Notes: generated by a model not told the origin, from the letters alone. DNA of 64,000 bases from Vicugna vicugna (GCA_013265495.1 MU058531.1:3658911-3722910); one strand, 5' to 3'. Positions 49,101-64,000 are shown, numbered from the stretch's first letter. Numbers and translations: made by a program.

Positions 49101-51248
49101 AGAAGTGATTGATTCTGGGATGAGAAGTTAGGGAATTGTTCACAGTAGATGAAACATGAATGCTTGTTTCTTTGCTAATGAGGAGGGTTTGGATTGGAAT
49201 GAGGCTGAGGCCAGCACAGGCACGTAACAGCATATGCAGAATTATATGTGAAATAGCACAGCACTTTTGGGACTGGAGATACTCATTAGTATGACTGCTC
49301 TTAGGGTAGGTGAGGTGGAGTGTCAGAAACTGAGGCAAAAAGGTTGGGGCTAAATTATGAAGGAGTTTGTATGTTAGAACTAAGTAGTTTGAATGGATTC
49401 CATGAGAGGTGGCAGTGCATAGACCTTTGATGGATTTTGAAAACAAGGGCAACATGCTTAAGATTGTGCTTTAGAACAGTGACTCTTACAGCAGTGTAGC
49501 AGATGATTTGGGACTTGAGAAACTGAGGCTTGGGTACATTCATGGTAGTTGATTGGTCCTTGTCAGTCTCTTTATTAAAATGAGATAGCCAGATTGTTGA
49601 TGTAAACAACATTAAATTCAGTCCCTATCAGAAGAGGTAGCTCACAGTAGCCTTTTTGTGAAGCTCTCATGAATGTAAACTTTGAATCTGGTTTTTGTTT
49701 TGAGGGAAGTGGGATGATACAAAAATGGAGAATCATGTGAAAAATTATGTCTACCATGTTTTATAAGGAATTTGATAAGGGAGAAAGAGCCAGAATAGCT
49801 GTTAGGCCAGTCCCCCATCCCCCTCTCCCCCGCCGAATTGAAATATGGATGATTTACAATATTATACTAGTTTCAGATGTACAACATAGTGATTCAATAT
49901 TTTTATATATTCCATTTAAAGTTATTATAAAAATTGGCTGTAATTCCTATGCTGTACATCACAACCTTGTATCTTATTTATTTAATACCTATTAGTTTGT
50001 AGCTGTCGTGGATCAGAAAGGAAACAACTTCAGGGAAAACCCTGTGAGAGTAAAGTTGTGGTAAAATCAAGTCTTTACCTCCAATATACAAGTTCTATAC
50101 ATTGCTTCTTAAAAATGAATGGTGGAAGAATCATCACCCATTTTTGAAGACTAAATGAGATAAAGACAAAGTATAGAAATTGTACATCTGAAATATGTAT
50201 AGTTTACTGTACAGGAATCATACCACAATAAAGGTGTTTTTTTTTAAAAAAAAAAAAAGACCAAGTATTGAGACTTCCATAATTACTTATATGTATATGT
50301 GTCTCTTCTACTAAGGTGCAAACTCCCTGCAGATAGGAAGCAAATCTTTTTTGCTTTTTTGTCTTTGCGTAGAGATGTAGAGCTGTTTATATATAGGAAT
50401 GCAAAGATTTATTGGATTAAATGCTTTTTAAAAAGTACCAGGACTTACATAGCCAAATGATTGGAACCTTTGAAGTTGTCACTCTGGAAGTAGTGGTACC
50501 ATTTCTCAAAGTATGTTTGGTACCTGTCTCTGGGAGATGTTTCTGTGGGAGAGAAATCAGTTGGGCCAATGTAAGATAGGACTGAAAAGTTGAACATTGG
50601 AAGGGAACCATCGCTGTAATAAAGAAGCCAACTAAGCAAGTTCAGTTGTATGTTAACTGTAGTATTCTAATATTCTAGGTGTAATAGATTAATCCCCAGG
50701 CAAATAGACACGTAATATGTAAATAGTTGAGGTTTGTATAAACAACCATAAATGATCTCACCTCTGGTACTCTGTTGAAGGATTTAGTAAAGTTAGTGAC
50801 GGGAGGGTCTGCCACCCCTGAATTTAGTCTTCTTTGGTTAGACCTAGCTATATCAATTTAATTTTGGTGAAGCCTACAACTCTGTTGTTAACAGTGTGTT
50901 TCCAAAACAGTCCATATTTAAAGGACTAACTTGTATAGATTGTGGTAAAATCCATGATACAGCATCTGCAACTGAGAGTGTTAAAGAAGTATTGAACTTT
51001 GTAAGTATTGCCGTAATGCTGTTGCCAGTTTGTATCCTTCATGCTTTCTCTACTTGTGAAGTAAGTATTTTCTTTAGCTGTTCTAACTAGTAAAACAAAT
51101 TACATATTTTCTCCTATTCTATGACTTGTCTTTATACTTTCTTGATAGTATCATTTGGTGCACAAAAGTAGAAACTTTTTAAATTTGGTGTAATACAGTT
51201 CTAAGAATGTGTAACCAATTTAGTTTTTACTTTAAAAGATAAGATGTG

Positions 51249-51527
51249 GCATTAAAAACAAATTTATGGTTACCAAAGGGGAGAGCGGAGGGCGGGCAGA
51301 GGAATAAATCAGGAGTTTGGAATTAGCAGATATACACTACTATATATAAAATAGATAAACAACGAGGCCCTACTGTATAGCACAGGGAACTATAATCAGT
51401 ATCTTATAATAACCTATAATGGAAAATAATCTGAAAGAGATTATATATGTATGACTGAATCACTTTGCTGTACACCAGAAACTAACACAACATTGTAAAT
51501 CAACTATAGTTCAATAAAAATTAAAAA
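51249..51527 (+). mobile_element. L1 3' end
   Basis: ctactgtatagcacagggaactata...gaatcactttgctgtacaccagaaactaacacaacattgtaaatcaac; TSD aaaagataagatgtg/aaaagacaagatgtg. Confidence 0.88.
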
Positions 51528-52727
51528 AAAAGACAAGATGTGTATATAGCTATCCAGAGCACAGAGGCAGGAAGGTAGAGAATGTGTGAAAAAGAGTACA
51601 GTTTGGCTAATATGTTAGGGTTCATATGTTAGTTTTAAGGAACAGAAGCCCACTTAAGCTACCTTAAATGAAGGCGGTTTTATTGTAGGCATGTGAAAGA
51701 TGTCTTGTGCACATTCTGAAGATAGAAAATAAAATATGCTTGGGCTACAGATTACCTGGAATAATGGTTTCTCTATCTTTCTAGAGATGCATGTTTTTTT
51801 CTTATCTCTTTTCTGTCTCTGGATTGTTCAGTGCATGATTTCTACCAGCAAAAGCCCTATACAGCTGTCCCAATTGTGCATGATTTATCTGCCATCGTTT
51901 GACTGACTCATTCTCTAAGTCTTCTATTTAAAAATCCTGGGAATCTGATTGTCTCAGCCTACATATTAATTTGTTCATATTTTATCAGCAGTCCAATTTA
52001 ATCAGTATTGACTGAGGGGCAAGACCATGAAATATAAATATGGCCACGTCCGGCTACTGCTTCAGTCAGGGTTTGAACAAAGGCTCTGTCAAAGAAATGG
52101 GAGTGGGTTGCAGGTATGCTAAAGCCATATGTATTTCTCCTAGTTGTGAAAAGGGTAGTAGGAAATAATGTTGGAAAAATAATTTGGGTCCAAATTGTGA
52201 AGATAAAGAATTAAAACTTTTCTGTAGATATTAAGGAGGGTTGAGGATTTGGAGACAAGAAATGAAATGCTCTGTTTCTGCTTATATGTTGAAGTTTATT
52301 CTAGCCAGGATGAGTTATAGGTCATTTTCCTCTTCTAATTTCAGTGCTTTACAGGAATTAGGGGAGGGATAATTACAAAGAGGTTACATGATGGAGTTTT
52401 TTGGGGGATAGTACAACTTTTTATTGCCTCAGTTGTGCTGGCAGTTACACAAATCTATACATACGGTAAAAACTTTAGAACTATATGCCAATATTGTTAG
52501 TTTAAAAAATAAAAATTTACTGAGTGTTTACCTTGTGTGCAGGTATTGTGAAAGTCACACAAATTCACTTTCAATGTATTTATAGTTTCAAAGTAGCATT
52601 CAGATAAGTATGTAAGGTTAGCAAGTAGAAAGTATAAGGAGAGAATAATTTGTAGGAGAAATGGCTTGGAGAGAGAAAGGTTCATAGAAATAATAGCTCA
52701 CCAGACTGCACTCATACATTAGACTAA

Positions 52728-53074
52728 TGCTATAGACTGAATGTTTGTGTTCCCCCTAAAATTCATATGTGAAACTTGATCCCCAGTGTGATACTATTTG
52801 GAGGTGGAGCCTTTGACAGGTGCTTAGGTTGTGTGTGGAGCCCTCATGAATGGAATTAGTGCCCTTATGAAAGAGGCACATAGGAGCTTTCTCATGCCAT
52901 CTGCCTGTGAGGACACAGTGAAAAGACAGGAAGCAGGCTCTCACCAGACCCTGAATCTGCTAGTGCCTTGATTGTAAACTTCCCAGCTTCTAGAACTATA
53001 AGAAAGAAGTTTCTATTGTCTATAAACCAGCAGTCTATGGTATTTTGTTATAGCATCCATGAATGGATAAGATA
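52728..53074 (+). mobile_element. MLT1A-like MaLR solo LTR
   Basis: TGCTATAGACTGAATGTTTGTGTTCCCCCTAAAATTCATATG start and ctatggtattttgttatagc end; 5-bp TSD actaa/attaa. Confidence 0.85.
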
Positions 53075-53254
53075 ATTAAATCTGAGAACAGCAGTTACTT
53101 TTTTTCTCTGTAGCCCCCAAATTAGCAGACTTTTATTCATGCATGCAAGCACAGTACTAGGATACATTGGTTAATACAGAGCTCACAGTCTAGTATGGTG
53201 GCAACATTCTTACATTCTATAGCTTACATTCTGCTGCAGAAAATGACAACTAAA

Positions 53255-54620
53255 TAAGTTTTCAAAATTGTTTTGGCTATTCTACTTCCTTTGCCTTTCC
53301 ACATCGATTTTAGAGTCAGCTTATCTGTATTTACAGATAATCCTTATTAATTAACTTGGGGAGAATTGACAACTCTGCTATGTTGAATTTTCCATCCATA
53401 GAATACAGTATATCTGTAATTTTGGTCTTTTTAAAATTCCCTTCATCAGTGTTTTGTAGTTTTCAGCATTCATATTCTGCTCATGTTTTCTTAGATTTGT
53501 ATCTAAATATTTAATATTTTTGGAGCTGTTATGAATGATTTTTTAAATTTCAGTTTCTATTCATTGCTAGTACTGTATAGAAACATGATAGATTTTTGTT
53601 TACCTTATATCCGCTAAACTTACTTATTAGTTCTAGGAGCTTTTCTGTGGATTCATTGGGATTGTGTACACAATAATGTTGTCTGCAAATAGGAAACATT
53701 TAATTTTTTCCTTTCCAATCTGTAACACTTCTTTTTATTGCCTTAAATTGTACTGGTTAGGACTTTCAGTATGATTTTAAGTGGGAGTGATGAGCGTGGA
53801 CATCCTTACCTACTTTCCTATCTCTAAAACATTTAGTCTTTTCACAGTTAAGTATGGTTAGCTGTAGGTTATTTTTGTAGATGCCCTTAATAGACTAGGG
53901 AACTTCCATTCTATTCGTAGTTTTCTGTGTATTTTTTTAAATCAAGAATGGATTTGGGATATTATCAGCTGTATAAATTGATATGAGCATGTGTTTTTTC
54001 TTCTTTAGACTGTTAATATGGTGAATTACATTGACTTTGGAGTTTTGAATGAGCTTTGCATGCCTGAGATAAATTGCACTTGGCCTTATTTTTCTTTTTA
54101 CATTTTGCAGTTTTTTTTCACTTAAAAAAATCTTTATTGAGTTATAATTCACATACCATACAACTCATCCATTTAAAGTGTATAATTCCTGAACTTATAT
54201 ATAAAACAGAAACAGACTCACACATATAGAACACAGACTTGTGGTTGCCAGTGGGGAGGAGGTGGGAAGGGATAAACTGGGAGTTTGAGATTTGCAGATA
54301 CTGACTGGTATATATAAAATAGATAAACAAGTTTATACTGTATAGCACAGGGAAATATATTCAATATCTTGTAGTAGCTTATGATGAAAAAGAATATGGA
54401 AATGAATATATGTATATTCATGTATGACTGAAGAATTGTGCTCTACACCAGAAATGGACACAACATTGTAAACTGACTATATACCTCAATAGAAAAAAGA
54501 GAAAAAAAAGAACTAGAAATGCAAAAAAAATAAATTGTATAATTCAGTGATTTTTAGTATATTCACAGTTGCACAGTCATCACCACAATTTTGGAACATT
54601 TTTATAACCCTCTAAATAAA
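53255..54620 (-). mobile_element. Old L1 ORF2/3' fragments, with a younger plus-strand L1 3' end nested at 54189-54530
   Basis: Inner TSD taaagtgtataattc (54174-54188) / taaattgtataattc (54531-54545). Confidence 0.8.
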
Positions 54621-57600
54621 CATGTATTGATTATGAAGATTAAATATATGTGAAGATATTTTACTTTTATTGTAAACAAAAAACACTAACATTATTTATT
54701 TATATAAGAGACATAAATGGAAAATGCGGCTAGTGGCAAATTCACATGTGGCTAGTTTTATTCATCATTATCAGTCATTATCTTGCCTTTCTTTTCCAAC
54801 TTTATCTTAGGGGTTAAAAGAAATTCTGCCTGCTGATGACTGGAATATTTAGCTCTTATTTTGCTGATGCTGTTCCTTATTGCTGCCCATGTTCCTCTCC
54901 TAAAAGTTCTTTCCTTATCATTCCTCTTCTGGTAGTTTCTGTCTTTCCTCTGAATGTGTTAGTACTACACTAGGCTTAAAGCAATGGGGATTCTCTTTGT
55001 GAAGCCACATGGTGTAATTAGTATGCAGCACAAAGCAAGAATACTTTTATAATTTTTTTTCTTTTCTCTTTAATTGTATTCAGTTTTGTTCTCTCCCTGC
55101 AACAAAAGAATAAAATATATATATATAAGTAGGATGTTGCCTTAAATTCATTTACTGAAAGAAGTAAGACATACCATAAGGTTACTTGCTGACATGAACA
55201 CAGGTGGAAGAAGAAAATAGTTTATATATTTGAATTGTTTAAATGACTATCAAGAGGCATTTTGGCAATGTGTAGGATGAAAGAGATTAGGCATAGTTAT
55301 GAAGCTCTTACACCTTGATTGTCCTGTGGAGGACGTGAACAAGGTGGGTGTGATTAGAAAGAAGAGGAACTGTGCAAGAGACCTGGCTCTAACACTTAGT
55401 ATCGATGTGACCTTGGGAAGTGGCTTGTGAACCTTTCTTGGGGGTTGGGGTAGGGTGGCACGTTGACTGAGAGTTTGATGAAAGCCATAGACACTTGTCC
55501 AAGAAGAATGTTCATGAGCACATCATTTACTTCAAATTGTGCATACAGTTTGGGGAGGCTTATGGACTTCCTCTAGCCTATTCCTGTAGATTCACTGATT
55601 CTTGATGAAGAACCTTGGACTTAGTTACTCTCTAAGGTCCCTGGCAACTCTAAAGTACTTTAAAAAAAATTATAACCTTGTACTTTCAGCATTGAAATTC
55701 TGTCTTTTTTTTTGACAAAGAATAGATGATACTGAATTCTGGCCTTTTCGGATAGTTCTGATCTATGGCAGTACTTAGGATAGTTAAGCAGTGTGTTGTA
55801 AATAAAATTCTCTTTTATTTTTTGAGTTTTAGGATTTGTAATAATGACAAATACGAGATCCAAAAACAGCCTGATAAAGAAAATTCTTGGAATTAAAAAA
55901 AAAACTAAGTTATCTGGCCAAAAAAACCCCACCTTTTTTTTTTTTTTTTTGCATATAATGAGCTGAAAGTCTTTTTCAAGTGAAAAATGATTGAGGTTTG
56001 GAAAGAATTTACGTAATCTTCATGCCAGATCTTTAATCCAAAATACTTAAGGGATGCCAAAGTACTGCATTTTAAAGAGACAGTACTTATACTTCTTTGA
56101 AATAATTATGTAGTCAACTGTGACATTCCATGTTCACTAGATAATGTTTTGTTTTTGGCCCTCTATTATACTTTGGGGAAACTTAAGTACAAAGTCCAGG
56201 AAGTTGCTGAGTTTCCAACAGTTCAACTTCTGCTGAGACAGAGTTTGAAGATCAAGTCATGATTTCTGATTTTTTCAGCTGATTTTACTCTTTTGATTAA
56301 AGTTGAAGTTTTTCCTGTTTGGGAAAGTATTCTAACCCCTTTTTAATGTATAACTCCATTTAAGAATTTATCTAATGAATCTGAAGAGTTAAATTAGTCA
56401 TATAGATGTAAATATTAGGCAAAACCAATGTTTTTGTTTTGTTTTGTTTTGCTAGCACTGACAGAATTTTTGGCAGTAAAAAGATTCAAGATTAGGCAGT
56501 CAGTTTTCTGTAGTGTCAAATTTCACAATCTGAGAAAATATGGAATTTACATGGCTTTTGCCCAGATATACAAATGAGTATGCCAGTTCTTAAAGACCCA
56601 AGTACTGGAGGTTGTACTTTGGAAATCGTGAGGAGAGAACTTACATGGTGTAAGTTTTGCCCTTTTTTGGTTAGCTGTATCCTTTAATACGGTGTAGTGA
56701 ATATGACTCTTTTATATCATCTATAACTCTTTTCATGTGGTAAAAGAAATGAAATACTGGAAAAATGAAAAGACACAGATATGTGAAGCAAGTATTAAGC
56801 AAGAGTCATTCATCAACCTTTGTTATAAAAACCACTGAGAGAACGGGAGGCATTTTTTTCTTCTTTCTCTTTCTCTTCTAATCCCCACATCAATGTTTTC
56901 TTGGTGTGCTTCTTTTCTTTTTCTTTATGTTTTTAGCAATATAGAAACACTGAACTGCTATTTTTCAGCTCGTGTTGTTTCTTAAGTGGTGCAACAGATT
57001 TCCTCAATTTCTTTTTGTCACAAAGAGTGGGCACAAATTGTAGAGAGTGGGAAGGTGGTGTGTTTGTATCTCTGTATGTGTAGGTAGTTGTGTATGTGAA
57101 CATAGTGTTGGTTGGGGCGGAGAGTAAATTTGACGGGGGAAAGATGGATTGCCACTACTATTACCTGTCCCCTATATATACTGACAAAAATGTGTCACAG
57201 AATGAAAAAAAAAAACTAGAAAACATAGTTTTTAATATTTTGGGGATTTCTGAAGCGTAAGACACCTTTTAACTTATAAAAACTTGACTGTTGGGGTTGC
57301 GGAGAACCAGTAAATAACACCTGTTTATCAACCCATCTGGGTTTGGAATCAGTAGAGAAAAAGACATAGGGCAAAGATAAATGGGAACCTCAAAACATCA
57401 TGAAATCTGGATTGAAAGACATGCCTTTGGGTTCAGTGGGCCTCCTAATACTTCACCTGAATTAAATTTATCCAGCTATTCCCTCACACAGCAGGCCTTT
57501 CCTGTGGAGATGGGGGACAGAGGGGTGCAGAGGAAACAGCCTGCATATTAGAAAAGTAGAGCAAACTGCATCTTCTCTGCTGATAGGTAGCAGTTGTCTG

Positions 57601-58929
57601 TCACCAAAATTTTAACCCAACAGGTGGAGATGAATAAGGGGGCAGGGAGAAGCTAAGGGCTCCCTGCCCCTCCCCTGAAACATGAAACAGACAGAATTAA
57701 TGACCCTTCTCTTCAACACTGACATAAACCAGACTTTTTATTGTGGAGGTTATTTATTTCTTTTTCTTTTTCCCTTTGTATCCCTGCTAGTGATGGCAAG
57801 ATTCTTCAGAAACTACATCCATTGAAAGACCTACTGTTGTTTGGTTTAAGCAGTTAGTTTTCTTTGACTTTAATTTTAGAAGTCCGGAATATCCTTATAA
57901 ATTAATTTTGCATGTAAACACATACATACATTTTAAGTTTTTTTTTAATGATACAGATAATTTCTAACAGTCTTTACTAAAAAATTTACGTATATTTGGC
58001 ATTTTAGCTAGTTTTTTAAAGAGTTTTGTAACTTACACAGATCTGATGTATAGTATTAATATGTATAGCTTCTAGTTTTTCAAACGAGAATGTGTTTGGT
58101 AGTAATTATAGTATCTAATTGTAGGTAAAGGTAAAGAGATATAACCACCCCCAAAGAATCTGTATTTAAAACCCTGCACATGGAGAATTTTCTTATCTGT
58201 AGTTATTGCTGTCCTTTGGTATAATTGCATCTTATACTTGTGGTCTCCTCATTCTGTTGCTATGTCTGTGTTCTCAGCCAGGTCACATTATTGGAAGCTG
58301 TGATTCACAAGTTTGAAAAAAAAAATTTCTTATGCCTTTTTATTTTATGGTTACCCTACTTTAATTAATTAATTATATATATATATCCCTACGTTTGTAG
58401 TATGGAAAATGAAGTGCTGTTTTTCCCTCCTCATAAGCACTACGTTGTTCATGCATTGTTGTGAGGAGAAAAACAATTTACAAGTTTTTAGATTTGAAAC
58501 GATTAAAATTGTAGTTAAAGATCTGATTCTGGTCATTGATTAGAGTTGTTGGTAGCTTTGGAAAACAAACAAAACTGGTTGTTCATTGTAGACTTCCCCC
58601 TCCAGGAGCTAATTGTTAATGTGAAGGCTTCCGACCTAATAACTACCTCAATAGTCATAATGATTAAGACAAATTTATATATATATGTAAATTAACCCTA
58701 AGAGGAGTTCTTAAAATCTGAAATGTTTATCAACTTTGGTCCAAATAAATATACCTAAGCTTGTGGCAGAAGTAGCTGTCTAACACTATGTAGGAAAAGG
58801 CTAAATTTATAGCTTCTAAACAATAGTGGATTTAGAATATGAAATATTTTATTTGTTTTAGCTAGTGCTCTCATGTTACAAGGGGTTTCCAATTTGGGAC
58901 ATTAGGTTTACGTAACTTAATAAAAGCTA

Positions 58930-60720
58930 GTGGGTTTTTTTGACACATAGAAAAGAAAATATGTAATAGGTATGTGAATTATGATGAACAGTATACATTG
59001 GTGAACCCTTTGTCCAATCTCAGAAATAGAACATTATCAGCACTACTTTTGAGATATACTGGCTATGAATGTCTTACTATCCTGCTCACCCCTAAAAGGT
59101 GAATTCATTTGATGTTTTAAGGAATAATTTTTGCCATGAAATTTTTGTTGTTATTTATTATTTTTGAGCTTTATAAAAATGGTATACTGTGAACTCTTCT
59201 TCATCTTGCCTTTTTTTTTTTTTAACTCAGCTTTGTTTTTAAGAGTCATTGATTTGGATGGATGTAGCTTTGGTTCATTTTCACTGTGAAATAATGTTAC
59301 ATTTAATAAAATACCAGAGTTTAAGTGTTCTTGTCTTCTGTCAATGAATCCCTGAATTGTTGAAAGGTTTTTGCTCTTTTGAACAATGTTGCCTTAAATG
59401 TTCTTTTATATGTCTTCTAGTGTGCACGTCCAGAACTTTCTCTAGAGTATGCAGCTAGAAATATAATGCTAGATGGTAATGTATGCATTTGTTCTATAAG
59501 CTTAGGAATAAACGTGATTACACCAATGTAAATTCCTAGCAGCATTCCTTTCCCTCTAAATTTGGTATTATCAGTCTTAGTTTTTGCCAGTCCAGTATAT
59601 AAAATACTATTCTGGTTTTAGTTTGTGAGCTCACCTTTATTACCAATGAGGCAAAATATCTTTTGACAGATTTCATTATTTGCCATTTGTATTCCCTCTT
59701 TATATTATAGCTTTTGTCTTTTTTTTCTATTAGACAGTTTGCCTTTTATGAAAATGATTAGTAAGGAGTTCTTTATATTTTCTGTATCTTTTGCCATTTA
59801 TATGTTTTGGAGTTTCTCCTTCAAATTTGTATCTTTTTGCTTTCTCTATAGTGCCCTTTGAACAGAAATCCTTAATTTTAATGTTGGTGATTTTACCCAG
59901 TTTTAAAAAGTGATTAGTGCTTTTGGGTTCTGTTTTTAGATTCTTCTTGTACTGTGAGTTTTTTTTTTAAGTTTTCCTGTATATCTTTCTAAAACTTTTA
60001 AAAGTTTGCTATAACTATTGAATCCATTGAGAACTGACACTTTTGTGTGGTAGGTGGTAGGAATTCAATTTCATCTTCCTTACATTGATAGCCAAATGTC
60101 CCAGGACCACTTATTAAATGATCTATCCTTTCCTCATTGATCTGTAGTGCCACCTATTTCCATATATGCTTGGGTGTGTCTCTGAGTTGTGTATTCTATT
60201 TCCATCAATCAATTTCTTTATCCCTAGGCCAATACCATACTGTCTTAAAAACTGTAATCATTGAATTAGAATATCTGGTAGGGAACTCAACCTTCACCTT
60301 TTCTTCTTCAAAGTATTGTGGCTCTTTTTGTTACTTTTATTCTTTAATATAAATTTTGAAGTTGTTTTTTCAAGTTCTTCAAAAACCTTGTTGGACTTAT
60401 GATGGAGATTGCATAGAATCTGTAGATAAATTAAGGAATAATTGATAGTTTTATGATAGCATTTTCCTTTCTGTGGTCTATGTAATTAGGTCTTTTTAGA
60501 TGTGTTTCAGGATGATTGTATCTTTTCTCCATAAAGATCTTTTAAAATTTTTGGTTAGATTTATTCCTAGGTACTTTATATTTTGTTGTTATTGTATCTC
60601 TTTCAACTTTTTTATTTTTAGCTGTTGTCAATGGATACAAAGACAAAATTTTGTTCTTTGATCTTACAGCTAACCACTTGGTAAACTAATTTAATATTTC
60701 TCCTTTGAAGCATTTCCCTG
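58930..60720 (-). mobile_element. Highly diverged L1ME-like element
   Basis: Degenerate L1 antisense motifs, e.g. aaatagaacattatcagcac and ttggttagatttattcctaggtactttata. Confidence 0.6.
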
Positions 60721-62768
60721 GTTGTTATAAGTGTGTCTTATAATGTTCTGTAGTTCTAAAATAGTTCATTCCAGTTGCTCTTTGTGGCTCAGTTTTTACT
60801 TTGGTGAAGGGACTGATTTCTAGATCTTCCTACTCCTCCTTTTGTGTCAGTGATGTCTTTAGAAGTACAAATGTTTTAAATTTAAGCCTTGTTCATCTTT
60901 TTTTTTCTTTTATATATCATGCTTTTTTTTTTGTCACGTTCAAGAATTCTTCAAATAAATCATGGTGACAAAGTTTTTCTCCTGTGTTTAGCATGGTTGG
61001 AAGTCAAACCTTTGGAGTGGAGGCATGCCATATAGGGGCCTTAAGGGGAAGCATGGGTTGGTGAGAACTATTTGAGGAGTGTCGGTGAGCTGTGTGGAGC
61101 TTACAAAGAGGATTGGTGCATCAGTACTGGCATGAAGTCTTTAGGGTGCTGGTTTCCATGTTAACAAGGCTGTGGGAAAGCCATCTCCAGGATGAATCGC
61201 TGAGCTGCAAGTTTGCTGAGGGACTTCATGTTCTGGGCATATGACTGAGCAGAGTTCTACTGGATGTCCTTACACCCAAACTACTGACCCACTCTGCAGC
61301 AACTGGAAACCACAGGAGAGCAGACCCCCTTTCTCTTGCAATGTCCCTTCAGTGCCATCTATTGAGAAAGCTAAACAGTTTCATGTTTATTTTAAAAGAA
61401 GAAATGCTGAAAGGAATTCTGTTATCATAGAGCATATATTACAGGGTGAATATGGAACTAAGAGGCAATAAACTGACAGGCAGCACACAAGATACCAAAT
61501 ATTGTTTAAAAAAATAGGCCATCCTTTGCAGCATAAAATTTTGTTATAAATATACCAGTCCTCAGTATAATCATTATTGAAAACCTCCAACCTAGAGAGC
61601 TTATAAAATAAAGAATTGAGTTACTATATATGGTCTCTGAGGTGAAACCTCTATAGAGTTTGAGTAGAAATTGGTCTAAATTGTCGTTGATTCACTTCCA
61701 TTGCACACTCAAGGAAATTAGAGTGTTTCTTTAAGTACTATTGATCAGCCCACATTCTTTTGTAGGAGCCTTTAATACCTTTCTAAACTTGAAGAATAGC
61801 CTTAACATTATACATTAAAAACTTACTTCCTTTTTACCACAATACTGTACTTTTAAGAACAGATGTATTTATATGATACTTTAAGTGTAGACAAACCAAG
61901 TTATTTGGTACTTCAAATAATTTGTAACCGTAAGTGTATGTGCAAATTTAAAATTTTCTTAATGAGCATTTATATCACAGCTTATATGAAGGGCTGATAT
62001 TCAGTTGGACTCATCAGTACCTTTCTCATTGGTCCGTGGTGCCCTGGCTTTCTGTGTTGATGAATACATATTTTGAATATCATTCCTACTTACATGTGCA
62101 GTAGATACTTAATTTGGTTTTTAAGGACATGGAGATAATAAGTAAAATCCTCGATCCTTGTGCAGGTTTTCTTTGTATTTTCAGTGACAGATACTTTCTT
62201 CCCTGGTTACATATTGACTCTTTCGCAGTAAGCTTTTCTTGTACTGCATATCTGTCATAGGAAAAATAATTTACATGTACATATATTATAGCAATGGATG
62301 CTCAGTAGATACCCTTTTATTATAAACAGTAACAAATTATTACTGGAAATAATTAAATAATATTTTCCCCAAAGATTGTATTACTTAATCTTTTGCCTGT
62401 TGTATACAGGTTCCCTTTAACTTTTTAGTTTTCAGATTATTGACTTGTATTGTCAAGTACATGTATAGTCAATTCTGATATATTTTGTAGCTGATTCAAG
62501 GCAAATATTTATATTTAATTTATAGTTGTCATTTTTCTCCCAATTTATTTATCTCTCTAATATCTCTGTTGATGATTCTTCTAATATTTCTATATAAGCC
62601 AAATAGTTTTAAATGAGTCTTGTTAGTCTCATAATAGTATAAGTAGTAGAAATAATTTTATTTAAAAGAATTTTGTATTTATCTTGGGAATAATCATTCT
62701 TTAAAAACTACTATTAAGTGGTTCCCTGGTAACCAGAAACACAATTCATGTAACTTTCTGTGTTTCAG

Positions 62769-62892
62769 AAACCTTTTTCCAAAAAGGACAAAGGAACTCA
62801 AATCAGTTGTACATAGTGCTCCTGGTTGGAAATTATTTGGTAAAGTCCCTCCCAGAGAGAATCTTCAGAAAACTTCCAAAATCATTCAGCAG
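62769..62892 (+). CDS. TBC1D12: TBC1D12 exon 2
   Basis: tttcag|AAACCTTTTT...CAGCAG|gtaagt; 124 nt; (R)[41 protein letters not shown]; in phase with exon 1. Confidence 0.96.
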
Positions 62893-64000
62893 GTAAGTAC
62901 TAGTATAGCCGTATGGTTTGTCTTAGCTTTCCAAAAAGCTTTTTCTAGATAATTAACCATATTCTACTCTCATTCATATTTTTATATATAACATTTTAGG
63001 ATTACAGATATTTGTAGTAACCTTAATTTTTGTTTTAACACAACACATTTTCAGTTATCTTTTATGGTTGTGAAAATTCTTTACAATAATTGAACATTGA
63101 TTTCCTTTCCTAGTTATTCCTAGGATAGATTCTTTTTTTTTTCTTCGCCAGCCATTCTCACCACATACTTTGACTTCTAATTGAACATGGTAGCATTTGC
63201 CAATGGCACAGATTTTATGGATAACGATTCTTGTGAACTGATGAAATAGTATACAGTGAAAACTGAGTGGATTTTGAGATTGAACTCTTTCCTTTGTCAC
63301 TTTTCTGGTTTTCTGTCTTTACCAAGGACTTTGTGAGATGGGTGGGCACATAGTCTGTTTCTAGTAATTTATGAGCCAGTTCTTCTACTATCTGTATTAA
63401 TATCCATATTCTTGAGTTGTAAAGAATTTCAGATTTTATTTGACTCCTGAATTTATATTCTTCAGTGCTAGGAGATAAGTAAGTCTGGAAAGCAGTAAGA
63501 CTGGATCAATTTGCAGCATTTTTAAGTTCAAAGAAGTTGTTTCTCAGAAGGAGATGTATAATAAATTTCCTGTTTCTCTCCTTTCCAGTTGTATGTAGTT
63601 TATCAGATTTAACACAACCAATATTTATAAAAATAATTACATTAAAGCTATAATCATCATTCAAATTGGAAAAAAAAATTCTTTAAGGATTTAAGTGTCT
63701 TTTAATTGCTTAAAAGAAAAACTGGTTTCCCAAGTAAATAAGAAAACACTTTTTAGATCTTTAAAAGCGTTTGTTATAGTTAATTTTATTTACAAGTAAT
63801 TAAAATATTGACTAGTTATGTATGCTGCTGGGACTTAAAGCTATAGTGCTGTGATTCCCAAGCTGTATGCCCAGGCACCCCATGTGCTCCAGCTAACACA
63901 GAGAGGGAACCGTGGCAAATTCAGTGTTACTCCACGTTTGTTGAATACGGTATAGTCTGTAAGCTTGAGGTAGTACACAATTTCAACATTAAATAGTAAT

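Noticed and set aside
60960..61480. GC-richer patch with a 76-aa ORF
   Set aside because: No recognisable protein or splice structure; probably an old LTR-type relic that I cannot classify
1..64000. CRISPR arrays, operons or other prokaryotic systems
   Set aside because: The sequence is spliceosomal mammalian DNA and no repeat-spacer arrays were seen

Overview
Mammalian genomic DNA, most likely camelid. This rests on five copies of a short tRNA-derived SINE resembling vic-1, and no ruminant, suid or primate SINEs were seen. The window holds the 5' half of NOC3L on the minus strand (coding exons 1-11, 462 codons, continuing off the left edge) and the start of TBC1D12 on the plus strand (CpG-island exon 1 and exon 2). 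About 20 kb separates the two genes, and the region carries the usual load of L1, L2, MIR, L3, MaLR/ERVL LTR and hAT/Tigger relics. The main finding is that the non-repeat parts of this spacer read, with frameshifts and stops, as three tandem plus-strand Toll-like-receptor-like gene fossils (LRRs, LRR-CT, transmembrane/juxtamembrane, TIR) at about 17.95-23.16 kb, 26.49-29.9 kb and 33.7-37.42 kb. Each is broken up by ancient transposon insertions. The TLR call comes from manual motif reading in the correct domain order and needs a translated homology search to confirm it and name the family. Repeat subfamily names are from memory of consensus sequences and are approximate.
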